Assembly: GCA_001938485.1 (NCBI GenBank)
Contig: MQRK01237347.1
Coordinates: 1-52,086, forward strand
Origin: Girardia tigrina
Taxonomy: Eukaryota
Direction: 5' to 3'
DNA length: 52,086 bases
In this document: piece by piece, positions 38,082-51,293 of the stretch
How positions within the stretch are numbered: the stretch's first letter is position 1
Layout: each line of letters opens with the position of its first letter
Program-made: the position numbers and the translations under genes
Notes under the pieces: model-generated
Seen by the model: the letters and a program-made list of their open reading frames with translations, nothing else
The model's database searches: none
What the model was told of the DNA's origin: nothing

Positions 38082-38788
38082 CAGAGGTGCACAAACTATT
38101 TTGTTGTACAACTCCTCATTCTGTATAAAATTTTGGTAAACGAGGGACATTTTTTTCAATCAACAATGTAGTTACAGTGAAATAAAACACAATTTTTTTA
38201 AGAACTATTTTATATATGTATATAGTGATATCAATAGAACTAAGTATATTTTTATATTTAAGCATGTATTTAATGAACAACTTTTCATAACAATATCAAT
38301 TAATGAGACGGACAAGCTTGGAAAGTACTTTTTAATTGCGTTTATATTTAAGCATTAATTGAACCGTTAATTGCGTTTATATTTATATTTGAAATCGCAC
38401 GCCGTAGGTCGTCTTCTGGGTCCAATTGAGATTGGTATTTTGTTTTAATTGTCATTAATTTATAAAATCCAGCTTTGCATAAGTAGGGTGATGCAAATTG
38501 GATCAAAATTTTTATCGTTTTCTTTAAATCGGTGTATTCATTTCCAATTGTAAACCAAAATTTTTGGCAAGTCAAAGACTTAAATTGAACTCGTAATATT
38601 TCGTCGTCTTTTTCAGTTAAAGTGATATTGGAATTTTAAATATCAAACTAAAATGAGTTGCAAATCCAACCTAATTCTTTTTTTGGAAATTTTTCAAATC
38701 TTTTCGAAAATTTTTCTGTAATTTTTGTAAGATTTTTGTAATGATAAATAAATTTCGCGGGTCGCGGCCCCTAGTTAGCGCACCACTG
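38082..38788 (-). mobile_element. Non-autonomous hAT (Buster/Charlie-like) element
   Basis: TIRs CAGAGGTGCACAAACTA and CAGTGGTGCGCTAACTA; TSD CTCTAATA/CTCTAATG; hAT dimerization-domain remnant ILIQFASPYLCKAGFYKLMTIKTKYQSQLDPEDDLRRAIS. Confidence 0.92.
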
Positions 38789-39430
38789 CTCTAATGGTTT
38801 AATTCCTCTAAGATCCTCAGTTTACTAATTAAATGTTGAGATTAAAATTCGTTGATTGAAACTGAAATTCGTTCTCAAAAATCTTTGAAATTCGATAAAT
38901 GGAAACTTATTTTCATGATGACCAATTTCGAGGATCGTAAACCTTTATAAATTATCTTTACCTTTAATTCACATATTTAAATAATTGATAATAAATTATT
39001 CATCATTCTAATATACAATTTTAAAAATAAAATACTTTTTTTTCAAATTTTCTTTACTAATTTTACAACTAAAATGCTAAATGCAATTTAAGAATTAAAT
39101 ATAAATGAATTAAAAATATCGTGTGAAATAAATTCATTTGGGATAAAAATTAATTTTACAATTAATTATTTTTTTTAAAAAAAAGAGAAATAATAATTAA
39201 TTATTTTACGAACACATTATTCAGAAGTTTTGCTTTGGAATTATAACCATAAAATAATTTTAAGTAATGATTCTTTGAGTTGTCTTTTATTTTTGGTTTA
39301 AATGTTTAGTTTCTTTCTACTAACTCAGCGTTATGTTTGTTGTTTTATTTGTATCTTCCCGCTTTCTTTTTAATTTTAATGGAAATAAAACAAATAAACA
39401 TTTATTTAAAAAATATTTTTATTTATTCAG

Positions 39431-39671
39431 TATCAATTTTTCCGGTGTAAGTCAAGTTTCAACAATGAACCATGCCTGTAGTAATGTAACCGCCAATGTT
39501 AATTGGGATTCATCTTTAAAGCATTCCCATCAACCAACAAAGGACTGGCGTCAGTTTTATCATGATGATGAACACAGATTAATTGCCCGTTACGCAAGCA
39601 CTCTCGTAGCCAGTCGATCTACTCATTCCGGCCTTGATATGCCCCATACATCCATCAACCAAGAAAATACT
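39431..39671 (+). CDS. dyb: Dystrobrevin exon (syntrophin-binding region)
   Basis: ttcag| INFSGVSQ...FYHDDEHRLIARYASTLVASRST...NQENT |gtaagt; DDEHRLIARYA matches DTN DEEHRLIARYA. Confidence 0.92.
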
Positions 39672-40222
39672 GTAAGTACTACTAGTCTTCTATTTAATCT
39701 TTGAATTTTTGAAAAAGGTATACTTAAATTACTTTTGAAATAATGGATAAGCTTTGATAAAAACGAAACATCTGTTTCTTAAACATTAAGACTTTAGGGA
39801 TCTTGTTCAATATAAATTAACTTATATTATGGCTTACAAAGTCAGTATTACATCCACCGCCGGTGGACCACCGGTTCCTTTCGAATTGTGAAATTATATT
39901 AATATTTAATGATTTATTTCTTCACAAACCGTGAATCGTCTTTAAAGAAAGAATGAACACTTTTTCATTGGAAATATATTGCCGTCGTAATTTATATATA
40001 AGATTAGTTCTTCTACGAGATAATTGAATTAAATGATTAATCTTTGAATTCTTGAGAAGTTGTTGTTCTGTTCTTTCATAACTTTTCATCTTTCTGTCTA
40101 ATATGTCTGTAATAATTAATAGATTGTGTACAAGTTTTTAGAATATAACAACAATAATTACTCCTTATAATACCCAATTTTGATCATGTAAAGTAGTATA
40201 TATAGTTTTTATTGGTTTATAT

Positions 40223-41063
40223 CAGGGGCGGGCAAACGGTCGATCGCAGACGTTTTTTTCAGAATATATATTTAATAAATATTTAACAATAGATTTATCT
40301 CAGTAAAAAGAATCGTAAAAATAACATGGAAATACACAAATTTTCTTTAAGATTTTAAATTAAAACTCATAATTCAACGTTTAAAATTAAAATATACTTA
40401 AAGTTTAAATTCATGGCAATTTAAATGATATTTGATTTTGTTTGAATATTCAAAATTTGCTATTGATTCGTGTATTAAAATTAACCGCTCAGCATCTTAT
40501 ACTTCGAAAGTCTTCGAGACAATCTAAGTTAGCCACTGAAGCATTCTATGTGATCCCCTATGTTTTGGGAAAACATAAAAAGTCTTATCGTGACGGTGAA
40601 GTTTTCGTGATGGAAACTTTCCTTGAGAGCAGTGAAAAATTATTTAACAACTTTAAAAATAAAAACAAAATTCTTAATGCAATTAAAGATTTGCACCTTT
40701 CTTACCGAACTATAACTCGACGTAATAAAAATATGATTGGTAATGTAACTCAAAAGTTGGAAGATCACATACAAAACTACAGCTTCTTTTTATTACAGTT
40801 GGACGAATCAACTGATGAAATTGATACTGCACGATTAATTATGTTTATAAGAATGATATTCTCCAATATTTCGAGAAAAGAGGAATTTTTACCAATTCTT
40901 CCGATGAAAGGTACGACGCGAGAAGAAGACATTTATTACATTTACATTATAATAAAATTAATAAATATATTATGTTATATTTTCTCATTTCTGAAAGAGT
41001 TGATCGCAGTTAAATATTAAAAATTTTAGTCAATCCTACAACGTTTAAGTGTGCCCACCCTTG
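40223..41063 (+). mobile_element. Internally deleted hAT (Buster/SPIN-like) element
   Basis: TIRs CAGGGGCGGGCAAAC and CAAGGGTGGGCACAC; perfect 8-bp TSD GTTTATAT (40215-40222, 41064-41071); transposase remnant KKSYRDGE..LSYRTITRR..LQLDESTD..LIMFIR..EEFL..MKGTTREEDI. Confidence 0.94.
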
Positions 41064-41189
41064 GTTTATATAGTGTGTTCCTAATATTATTTAGGTTTTT
41101 TTTATTTTTTGTGACTCAGAAAATTCATATCACAAAAACTTTAAGTACACACAATCATCGGTATCAAATTATGTACATACTTACAAATA

Positions 41190-42685
41190 ATTTGAACATT
41201 TTAAATGCATCCTTTTTAGATTTAGGTTTCAAAATTAACATCGGTAAAACCAAAGTTTTGAACCTAAACGGAGATACTCGGATCCTTACTGCTGGGCACC
41301 AGCTTGAGGCCGGTATTGAGTGGGTCTCTAGCCTTTGTTACCTAGGATCCACGATCTCTTCAGTGGGAAATGTGGACGCGGAAGTGAAAGAAAGAATTAA
41401 AAAAGGAACCCAGAAGATCCGGGATTGAGACCAGTGCTGAAGAGCTCCAAACTGAGTATGAAGAATACGAACTAAGTAATCAACGCATGCATATTCTCCG
41501 TAGTCTACTACGGCTGTGTAAACTAGAGAACTGCGGACAAGAACATGAGGAAATTGCATGCCCTTCATAACCTATGCACGCGCATAATTAGGAAGAAACA
41601 CAAAATTGAAAAGATCCGTATCTTTGAACATCTTGGACATTAGACTCCCACATCCCATGGACATTATCGCGAGTAAACGGCTTACTTTCCACAGTAAGAC
41701 GGAAACTTCAGAGGAGTACGAGACAATCAAACGAATCTGGAAGGGAGAAATACAAATGGGGAAAAAGATCAGTGGGAGAAAGAAGCAATCAATTTCAGAA
41801 TGTCTTCGAGTGGACATACAGTGGCTATTTGGGAATGATGCGGTGTATGGAGATTTCATTAACCACATCATTCACAGAGATCCTACTGTATCGAGGGAAA
41901 CACACATAAATTCCTTTTTTCGATCAGGAAGACTCAATAGGACAAAAACAACTGTACCGAAGCTGATCAACGAGAGAGACAAACGTCACCAATGTCCAGT
42001 AGAAAGCTGCTACATGGAGTTTGCCGAAAAGAAGGAGTTGAACAGACACATGAAAAGGGACCATGCGGTGTCCGCTTCCGCTAATCCTGATCAGTTCAAT
42101 GAGATACAACAACAGCAATTGCCATTCCCATGTACACTATTCAAAAAGTCGTACAAAGCGAAGGGGTGGCTGACCAGGCACCTCTACCGGGATCATAATT
42201 TGGAGGAGACAGAAGAAATTGGAGAACCGACAATGACACCGGCGCAAACCAGTACAACTACAGAAGAAAGAGTCGTAGAAAACCTAAAAATTCCAGCAAC
42301 CAGATTCAATCCGTGACAGATCCCCCGACTATCTCGACGGCGGTAGAAGAAGCGATAGGTACTGAAGAAACACATCTGACTTTTAGGATTGCAGACCTAA
42401 CTGAAAGGGGGGAGTTCAAATGTCCCTTTCGCGGCTGTACGAAGTCCACGAATACAACCAAAGGTATGCAGAACCATGGATATACAACCCATGGGTGGTC
42501 ATTTCTCACAGGGAACTCGAAAAGATCTCGGAGACCGAAACTATCCGATCCCGTAGGAGGCCTATCGGGGGCTACTAGTGATTCTTTAGTTTGGGTGGAC
42601 CCTCTAAAGAGCCTAGAGACTCAATACCATTCGAAAGAGATGGGAGACCCACACAATTACATATTCATTTCAGATTAGAAAAAAA
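41190..42685 (+). mobile_element. 5'-truncated RTE-like LINE with three C-terminal C2H2 zinc fingers
   Basis: RT C-terminus LGFKINIGKTKVL..CYLGSTIS..DAEVKERIKKG, VYYGC; fingers CPVESCYMEFAEKKELNRHMKRDH, CTLFKKSYKAKGWLTRHLYRDH, CPFRGCTKSTNTTKGMQNHGYTTH; frameshifts present. Confidence 0.85.
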
Positions 42686-42799
42686 CTTTTCTTTATTTTA
42701 AGTTGATTTCTTTTTCTTTATTAATATTAATTATTTGTTATGAAAGATGATTCTTTATGAAATGAATGTTTCGATTTTTAAAAAGTTTTAGGATTCTTA

Positions 42800-43571
42800 T
42801 CTTAGGATTCTCTTCTGAATTTTCGTCAGTAGGGGCTTCTTAATCTATGACGCAGAATAAAGTCCTTGCGTTTTTAAACTTCGCCTTAACGTATCAATGC
42901 TTATTTTTAGTTCAGGATGTAATTTCAACACATCCGTGGAGGTTGTGGCATTTCCTGTTTGAATATCACGCTTTATCATACGATGCTCCCTTTCATTAAG
43001 AAGCCTCGGGCGACCATTCGAATTGCTTTTGAAAGATAAATTTGCCTCCTTTTTTATCTGNNNNNNNNNNNNNNNNNNNNNNNNNNNNNNNNNNNNNNNN
43101 NNNNNNNNNNACACTATATTTCTTTGCTATCTCTGACAACGATAAACACTGTTCAATATCCATAATCAATTTTTTCCAGTCTGAAATTGATAACTTTGTC
43201 ATATCTAAAAATAAATTGAAAAAATATGTTAAAAAACTAAATATAATATTAAATATTATTCAATTTAAAATAAAACATGATAAATAACAACATTTTAATG
43301 AAATTGTTACATTTAAACAAATAATATTGTAATTAAAAGGGATTTCTGTAAATCATTGAAAAAGCCGCAAAACTGTATAGTTTTGAATAAATGTTGTAAC
43401 TGTTACTGTTCTTAAACTAGTTTCACATTTAAAAAGCCATAACATGGGTATGGTAGAGAAGTAAAATTGCTTCAAAATGATATATAACACTTGACATAAT
43501 ATTTAAAATCCAAGACATGACTGCACATTTACCAAAATGCCAAAAAAACTATACAGTTTTGCTGGTCACTG
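42800..43571 (-). mobile_element. Tc1 element 5' portion (paired-like HTH; catalytic domain missing)
   Basis: TA|CAGTGACCAGCAAAACTGTATAG end at 43571; MTKLS..LSLSEIAKKY, GRPRLLNEREHRMIKR..ISIDTLRRSLKTQGL..KKPLLT. Confidence 0.85.
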
Positions 43572-43871
43572 TATATTACCAAAAAAATATTTGAAATAAT
43601 TGCTGTTTAAATATTCTTTATTTTCATTGCATGTTGGGAAGAGCGTACATATTGAGAAATAACGATCAATTTTATCCACATTATTATTCATTAATTCCAA
43701 TTCAAATGATCAATCGTATCGAATTCGTATCCAGATTTTTATTATCAAATCGAAGGCTATTCACCTTGCAAATATAGTGATTTGTGACTAATAATTCTAT
43801 CGTTGTATTATAAATAAATTTTAGATTAGATGGATTTATTTGTTCTTTCTGGCGGTGTACCCACCGATATA

Positions 43872-43873
<2 letters not shown>

Positions 43874-43917
<44 letters not shown>
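43874..43917. repeat. (TA)n microsatellite, the longest of many (others near 1, 12240, 13305, 14352, 21496, 27480, 51207)
   Basis: Directly visible dinucleotide runs. Confidence 0.95.
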
Positions 43918-43922
<5 letters not shown>

Positions 43923-45188
43923 TTAATTTTCTTTTTTTCATAAATATATATTTTTATATAACTTCTGGTGAATCCGGAACAATATATCTTTTATAATAAT
44001 ATATGTATCCGGTTTTACTATCATCTTCATATCACTGATTGTTAGCTTTTTTACTGATTATATATGTGAAGTGGATGATTATGGGATTTAATACGTAAAA
44101 TTAATCGAAAGCTCTTAACAAATTTGTTGAGAGTGCCGTTTGAACATTAATTTTAGGATCACAAAATTATATTAACAAAGCCTCATATGACACTTTCTCT
44201 AAACAATTGTTAAAATGCTTGCACAGAATTTTGAAATTTTTTATACTCAAGTTACATTTATAAGTTTTCCTATGCTCAGCATTATGACTCCTACTGCCCT
44301 CTTAAAACGTGCTCTTGGACTCGTTTGCAGGGTACAGTGACACACACATATTTATATATGTGTGTGTACGTGTGAAAATTTGAATTAAACAACTATTTTA
44401 ATATCAAGATAGTTATCTTTTGGTTTTTATCTTCCTTGGTTTTATCTTTTTTATAAATCATTATAAAAATAAATTTATAAAATTTATAAATCAACAAAAA
44501 TTTCTCGGGAAATTTGATTAAAAAAAAATTTTCCGTTTTAGTAAAATAAAACAAACATCTAAAATTTCCTGCTTATTTATTCGTTAATCTCATTGATTTA
44601 TTAAAATAAAAAAGAATTATAAATTAAAGATTAAATAAAATTATAATTAAGTTAGTAATAATTTTTCGTTTAAAATTAGTTAAATAATATTTTAAACAAC
44701 ATAAAAAAAGAAATTTAGACAGATTTTTTGTTTTTTAAAAACGTATTTGTCGTTTAGGTTTTCCATTTTGTAATGAGTTTCTAGTGAACTTTGAAAGCAT
44801 TATTTCGGTAAAGCTCGAGATTCGTTTGATTCCAGAAAGAAATGAAGAATGTTTTTTCTTTTTTTTCTAAGTTGCTTTTATCAATAAAAAGACATTCAGA
44901 CTTATCCATCTAGAAAATTGGTTTTGATAATGATTTAGCTAATGATTATGCTAATATCTTTCTTCTCTTCCTTTAGTTTATAACCAGAAGAATTCATTTT
45001 TTTCAATTTAACTTGTATGTCATTTAAAATGGATTTTATTTTATTAAAAATAATGCAATTATTGTTGTCTTTTTCTTTTTCCTTGGTTACTTTAAATGAA
45101 ATAAATCCCAATTTTTACCGAACAAGTAAAGTATCCTTGTTGTTGTTTTAATGTTTTTTCCTTAATAAACGATCTTTTTGTTTTTCAG

Positions 45189-45298
45189 GACGCTCCCAAA
45201 ATCGAAGTACATTTACGATCAGACCTCTTCAACCAGAATATGCCTACTTCAGCCAAATCACAGAAAGAACTCATTGCAAAATTAGAAGCTAAAAATAA
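45189..45298 (+). CDS. dyb: Dystrobrevin exon (start of coiled coil 1); absent from the ORF track
   Basis: tttttcag| DAPKIEVHLRSDLFNQNMPTSAKSQKELIAKLEAKN+AA |gtaat; resembles DTN 'QQRQLIAELENKN'. Confidence 0.92.
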
Positions 45299-45426
45299 GT
45301 AATAATACTTTTCAAATATTAAATTATATTATTTATATTATACATTAATGATCTCAGTCCTAGATCTGTTTTTTAGGTGTATGTAATTTAGATGACGAAA
45401 ATGGAGAACATTTTTTTTTATTTTAA

Positions 45427-45658
45427 CCCTTTCGCAGCTGCTGGGACACATATGTCCCAGTGAATGTTTAAAAAGGCTGTTGGGACATATATGACCCATC
45501 ATAAAAGACGAATGGGATATATTTGTCCCAACCTCCCCAGCCCGCCCCCTGAATAAATTTCCAAAAAAAACTTAAATAATAAATTTCAGACCGGAATAAA
45601 CATTATATATTTAACAAAAATTATCTATAACTTAAAACGGAAAGCCGCTGCGAAAGGG
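45427..45658. mobile_element. piggyBac-type MITE, 232 bp
   Basis: Perfect 12-bp TIR CCCTTTCGCAGC; TTAA TSD at 45423-45426 and 45659-45662; three internal GGGACA(C/T)ATATGTCCC-like palindromes. Confidence 0.93.
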
Positions 45659-45809
45659 TTAAGGAAAAGTTTATACTTTTGGATTGTAAGTATACTATTA
45701 GAATGCTTTTTAAGGAAAAAGTTTTTAAGAAAAAGTTTTTTAAGAAAAAGTTTTTTTTAAGGAAAAGTTTATGCTTTTGGATTGTAAGTATACTATTAGA
45801 ATGCTTTTT
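45659..45809 (+). repeat. Local ~52-bp duplication separated by short TTAAGAAAAAGTTTTT tandem units
   Basis: TTAAGGAAAAGTTTAT(A/G)CTTTTGGATTGTAAGTATACTATTAGAATGCTTTTT occurs at 45659 and 45757. Confidence 0.9.
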
Positions 45810-48154
45810 GATTTCTAGTTAAAAGTAGTCGTGGCCTAAAGGGTTACATACGACAATAATTTTATTTATTTAATATTAGTAGCTATTTAGTGATTTTTGG
45901 TATTGGTAGATTTAATTTGGTGTAACTGCGCCCATGAATGTTTTCTTTTACAAGTAGCAATCAGGGAATTTCCAAGCCTAAACCTGTGTGACAATAATAA
46001 TGTCCGGAAGAATCTTCTCCGGACTATACAATACATTATTGTAAATAATTTTTATTAAGGTTATGGTAAGGTAAGGTTTGTGCTTTGATTATAAGTAGGT
46101 TTAGGATTAACAGTTTTATGGTTAAAATAGAGGTTTTAGTTAGGATTAAATTTAAGATGATATTTAGAGTTCCAAATATAATATACGGAAAACTAAAGAA
46201 AAAATATTTATTTTAATGAGTTCAATATATAAATCTGTTTGAACAATTGTGGCCTGATAAACCATCTACGAAAAAATAAGTATGGTGAATCGTCATTTAA
46301 AAAGTAAGCGGGAATACCAAGGTTCTGAGAGTAAATTATAAATGCGACTAATTGGAGATCTTTAGATCTTATGTTAATTCATCAACGCAAATATATTCTC
46401 ATTAGTTACTATCGTCTGGCTTTTCGAGACTTGAATTCGAATCAAAGCAAGAACTTTCCTCATGGATTCACGATTCTAGAACAGTTTTATGTAGTTAAGT
46501 GAAAAACAGAAAAAAATATGTTTTCTTTGGCACTGACAGTAGTTTCAAATTATACTTAACTGCATTTGAAGAAGTTTATATCGTCTTCTTAAAACAAGTA
46601 ATAATTATGACATAGAAGTTTTTAACAAGTTTGTACACGCGCCATAAAATATGAGTTTATAAATTGTTTTTTTGTTGTTATTTGATACATCATTTAAGTT
46701 TCTTATTTTCAGAAATTCCCATTTTTTTATAATATATCATTGTCTTCCGAAGACATCCTCAAGATATCAAAACCTAATAGAGGTTAGGTGCAGGTTAACT
46801 AACCTGTACTATAAGAAAGTGAAAAGATGGATCATTAAGGACTGAAAAACTTATATTAATTAATTGCATTTTTTAAATGAAGAAGTGACAATTTAATCAT
46901 ATTAAATATGAACGATTTTTTTTAATTTAAATTTTATATAACCCATTTTAAATGAAATTTATAAAACATATTACAATTCTACGAAATTTTTCATTTATGT
47001 TTGCAGAATAATTAAATTTTGGGAAAAGAAAATGCATTTAAGAGAGTGTTGAATATTTGATGTAGAAATTTTTCTTTACTCTTTTATACAAATATCTTTC
47101 AATTTTCAAATTATTTCCAAAGGACGCATAATGTATGATATGACAGACACTTGCTAGGGATCTTGACCTCTGATGTTACAACATTGTTTATTTGCAAGTA
47201 CTGTTGAACTTCATTAATGAATTGTTTGTATATGGAAATAAGATTTTTATAATCTGAATTTTCTTTAATATTTAGTCTGTAAATTTTTTAAGGTTATAAA
47301 AAGTTTTTTTTATCAGAAGACCTTCTTAAAAATAAATTTTCTTTAGATTCATATATTTGTAGAAATATTTGGTCCTAAGAATTGTTTGATTACCATTGAA
47401 ATTTATTAATTGAAAAGTTTAATGTTACAAGCAATGTTATGTTTCATCATAACAAGTTCAAGGGTATCTTCCATTCTTTACTTCCAAATTCTCTACAGTT
47501 GTATAGTTTTTAATATAAAACTGAAATTGAAAAACACTTATTTTATTAAAAAGAGTAATTCGACCAATAATTTAATTTTTAATTAATATTTTTTTATCTA
47601 ATTTAAAAAAGAAAATTGTACATTTTCGGGAACAAAAATAATTATTATCGTTGGGTAAATATTATCTAAAAGCCTTTCTGGGATATTCTGTCAACGAAAT
47701 CAGACAGAATTATTTGAAATAATAATTATTAAAATCAGACATACGGAAGTGTTGGTCTGAAACCTGAGAATGACCGAGATGAAAGCAATCGAAATTGACG
47801 AACTGAAAATGAATAGAATACACAAAAGAATACTTTAAATTTGTAAAAAAATATATTTAAAAAGAATTTACTCGTAAATATATTTTATTCCATCAACTCG
47901 GCAATAGTGAATATAGAAGTAATAAATTACACTTAGAGATGATTTGTTAAGTCTTTCTTAAAGTATTCTTTTATTTTATATATATATATATATATATAAC
48001 ATTTACTAGGGTACATTGAAAATTTTACAGAATTATTATCTTTCATAATTTCTTCTTTGTTTTTTTTAATAATCTCCTTCTATTTCATTAAAAAGTTTCA
48101 AAATCATTATATTAGAGCAATTATTAGAACAATTATTCAAGTCTTCTTAAATGG

Positions 48155-48330
48155 TTATTGAGATTTGTGTTTACTTCTTTTTCTATGAAAATTATTTCCG
48201 TAAGACGTTTTTTGTTGTAGAAATAGAGGGAAGTCGGAAGAAGCCAAATCAGTCAAATTATGGTAGAGGTTGCAATAGTCCGTTGTTTCGGGTAATTTAA
48301 TTTTCCCATAATATCTTGAAGAATTTATCA
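48155..48330 (-). mobile_element. Mariner C-terminal relic
   Basis: DLASSDFPLF (cf. YSPDLAPSDFHLF); otherwise decayed. Confidence 0.4.
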
Positions 48331-49031
48331 TCTTTGTACTCAAACCAGATATATTTGTATGAATTTGTAAATCCAATTGACCTCAAAGTTTAGTATATTA
48401 TTAATTGTAAATGGTTTCCATTAATAGTAAACAATAATTAATTTTCCATTAGCAAAAAATCTGACTGACTCCAAAACCTTTCTAATTATTTTACATAGAC
48501 ATTGACTTGTTGGGTTGTTAGAACTCTTATGCTTTTATTTTTTTATTTATATATGGCACTAGGCGTAGAATATATAACCCATGTTTTATCTATAGTAACA
48601 TATCGTAGACAGAAATCGATTTATTTGAGTTAAAATGATCATGAGTCCTTTGAGAAATTCTAATTCTCTAAAGATTTCAATCAATTTTCAAAATACATTG
48701 CATCATATTTGGAAAATGCTTTTCCATTCCAAATTACACAGTGAGCATATAAACTGTTCTTTGATTTGAAATACACATTCTCTTAGTTCTTTTGGAGACC
48801 TTAGAATCAACAATCTTCCATAACTTTATCGGGGATATTTTGAGGTGATTCCACGCGTTATGAAAGTTTAGGCTCTAAGGACTATTTAAAATTTGGTCAC
48901 CCACTTAATGCAAAGTTGTAAAAATTATATACTTAAATTTACAATTAAAATTAATTAAACAGTATAATACTTAAAGATACATATTTGTATAAAACAAGAT
49001 AAAATTCTAAAAAATATATAATTGTTTTCAG

Positions 49032-49233
49032 AGAAATTTTGCGAGAAATTCAAAGATTGCGTCTTGAACAGCAACAAAACGCGTCTGCCGTAAATGCGGC
49101 TACAGATAAAACGAATAGTGCAATAAATAATGATTCCGTTACAGGAATCGTCAGTAACCCAAATCTGCTTGTAGAACTGAGGAATCTTCGACATCGAAAA
49201 GATGAGTTGGAGAACCGTATGACAAGTTTGCAA
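49032..49233 (+). CDS. dyb: Dystrobrevin exon (dystrophin-binding coiled coils)
   Basis: ttttcag| [15 protein letters not shown]...[26 protein letters not shown] |gtacaa; resembles DTN '[13 protein letters not shown]...[26 protein letters not shown]'. Confidence 0.95.
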
Positions 49234-50344
49234 GTACAATTTTTTATATGTTTGTAATTCAAAAGACATTGTTATACAGATTATCATTACATACGAATTT
49301 CCATTTTCTGTTCAAAGTCCTTAAATTTATAATACAAATACAGTTCAATTAAATTTAATGAAAATAATATTTTAATCTTAAATAAAATAATTGTTAGATT
49401 TTGATAATTACTACAATATACTTAGAATTTTTAATGGTACATTAATAATGGCTGTCCTGAAATCCTTACAAAGATTTTAATATTATAAATATTATTGTTT
49501 TTAGCTCCAGAAACTTATTAAGTGTTTCATACATCTTAATACTTATTTTTTGGTTGTCTCGGTTTAAATAATCTCTTTACTGATGAAATTAAAAAAAATA
49601 TTTTTCTATTTGAAATTCCTATTTTTCTTTATTTATTACTAAATTTTGTCATTTTATTCACTGAAAGAGGACTTTTAATTTTTGAAGATATTCTTTCTGG
49701 ATGTTTTCAAGGAGGAAAACGTATACCAATTAAAATCCCTGAAACATTCTCCTTTAATTTTTGAAATGTTATTGAAGCCAAAGTCATTCTTATTAGATTC
49801 GAAATCATCAATTGAAGTCATAACAAGTTAAAATATATTTTTATAAGAATAAAGATTTTTAAAACCATTTTTCGAGGAACTATTTTCTTATTTTGTTAGA
49901 ATCAGAGATAAATAAATATAAATATAAATATGATTTTATAATCACCATAAATTTATGTAAACATTTTTTTTATTAAAAACTTTATCTCAACCTATTAATT
50001 TTAGTATTATTAATACTTATTATTAATTAAATTCTTATTTTTTTATTAAAATCGTGTCGTAAATTATTAAATTCAAATCCTTTATATTTTTATTAAAACT
50101 TTTTTGCAACTTATTAATTTTAAGTTCTTATTTCTTATTAAAACGTTATTTTATGTTTATTAAAATTTTAAAATCTCTATCTTATAACATTATTTTTTAA
50201 CTTATTATATATTTATTAGATAATAATTTATTTTAATAAATTATTTGTTCATCGTTATTAACACTTTTAAATAATTTATATTTTATGCTATTTTAAAATT
50301 TTAAAAATCTATAAGTTCGCTAGCCCTAACAATTCTAAAAAGCA

Positions 50345-50530
50345 ATTTTTTTCAGAAATCAGGACGTTTCTTTGTTGAAAATGGTTTTTTATTTTTCAAC
50401 TCTTCTTCTAACTCAACTTGATAGTATGAATTTCCAAATTAATGGTACTTAAATATTTTTCTCCATTCAATGTATTAACATATCATCCCCATTTGTCATT
50501 GAAAATTTTCCAAGAGTTGATTTATTTTAA
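50345..50530 (-). mobile_element. Gypsy reverse transcriptase relic
   Basis: Across frameshifts: DDML-TLNGEKYLSTINL-GNSYYQVELEEELKNKKPFST (cf. DDxLDxLxGAKYFSTIDLGNAYYQVxLxEESKxKTAFST). Confidence 0.7.
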
Positions 50531-51198
50531 CATTTGTGTACCAGTGAGGACAAGGGAACATTAGTTCCTTGTCAGGCTCCTCGGAAACATTGCTCGTGAA
50601 TCTTGTTGTCTGATGTCATTGATATAAGAGAATGTTGGCATTAAATATGTTCTTCAGTGAAATATTTTTCAATGAAAGTAATATCAATTTTTGAAAAATG
50701 AATAATCACATTGTCTCAATACTGTTCCTACTATGGTCAAATAATCATTTATATAATTATGCTCAGTACTTGAAATGTTAAATAACAACAATAATAACAA
50801 AAGTAATTATGTTTTAAATGGTATAATTTATAAATTTCTTTAGCCAAATGTCAGTAATAAATTCTTTAATTTGGAAAATCAGGAACTAGATTCACATGAA
50901 AGTGACTGAACATCTAAATAGTATTTCGGTAGATAAATACTAAAATGGTTGTTAATTACTTTTAAAAATAGTTTGGCTTTAATCTGATTTTGGTCAAAAA
51001 AACAATAAGGATATATTATATTTGATTAAAAAAAATTCACCTAATATTAAAGTAAAAAAAATCTGTTCGACAATAAATTATATGTTGTTAAAAATTTAAT
51101 TTTGCTGAAATTGATAAATAAAATTTCTTGTTGACTTAAATTTCTTTTACTGATTATTTTGAAAAAAAATATTTTAAATATATTTCATCGATCTGTTT

Positions 51199-51232
<34 letters not shown>

Positions 51233-51293
51233 CAAATAATTTAAATTTCAACCGGGTTAATAAAATAAAAAAAACATTTTTCGAGACATTTAT

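Larger units (their letters stand above)
700..49233 (+). other. dyb: Dystrobrevin gene, partial (7 internal coding exons; 5' and 3' ends outside the window)
   Basis: Manual splicing of 700-811, 865-1034, 4475-4749, 20653-20838, 39431-39671, 45189-45298 and 49032-49233 gives one open frame with GT-AG introns in compatible phases. It is collinear with dystrobrevin: DPGPQCLLWL..HRLANIENV, ZZ finger, [61 protein letters not shown]. Confidence 0.95.

Noticed and set aside
50540-50590. Hairpin GACAAGGGAAC-ATTA-GTTCCTTGTC near a GAAAC
   Set aside because: No CUGANGA core adjacent on either strand and GAAA is not next to the stem, so it is not a hammerhead.
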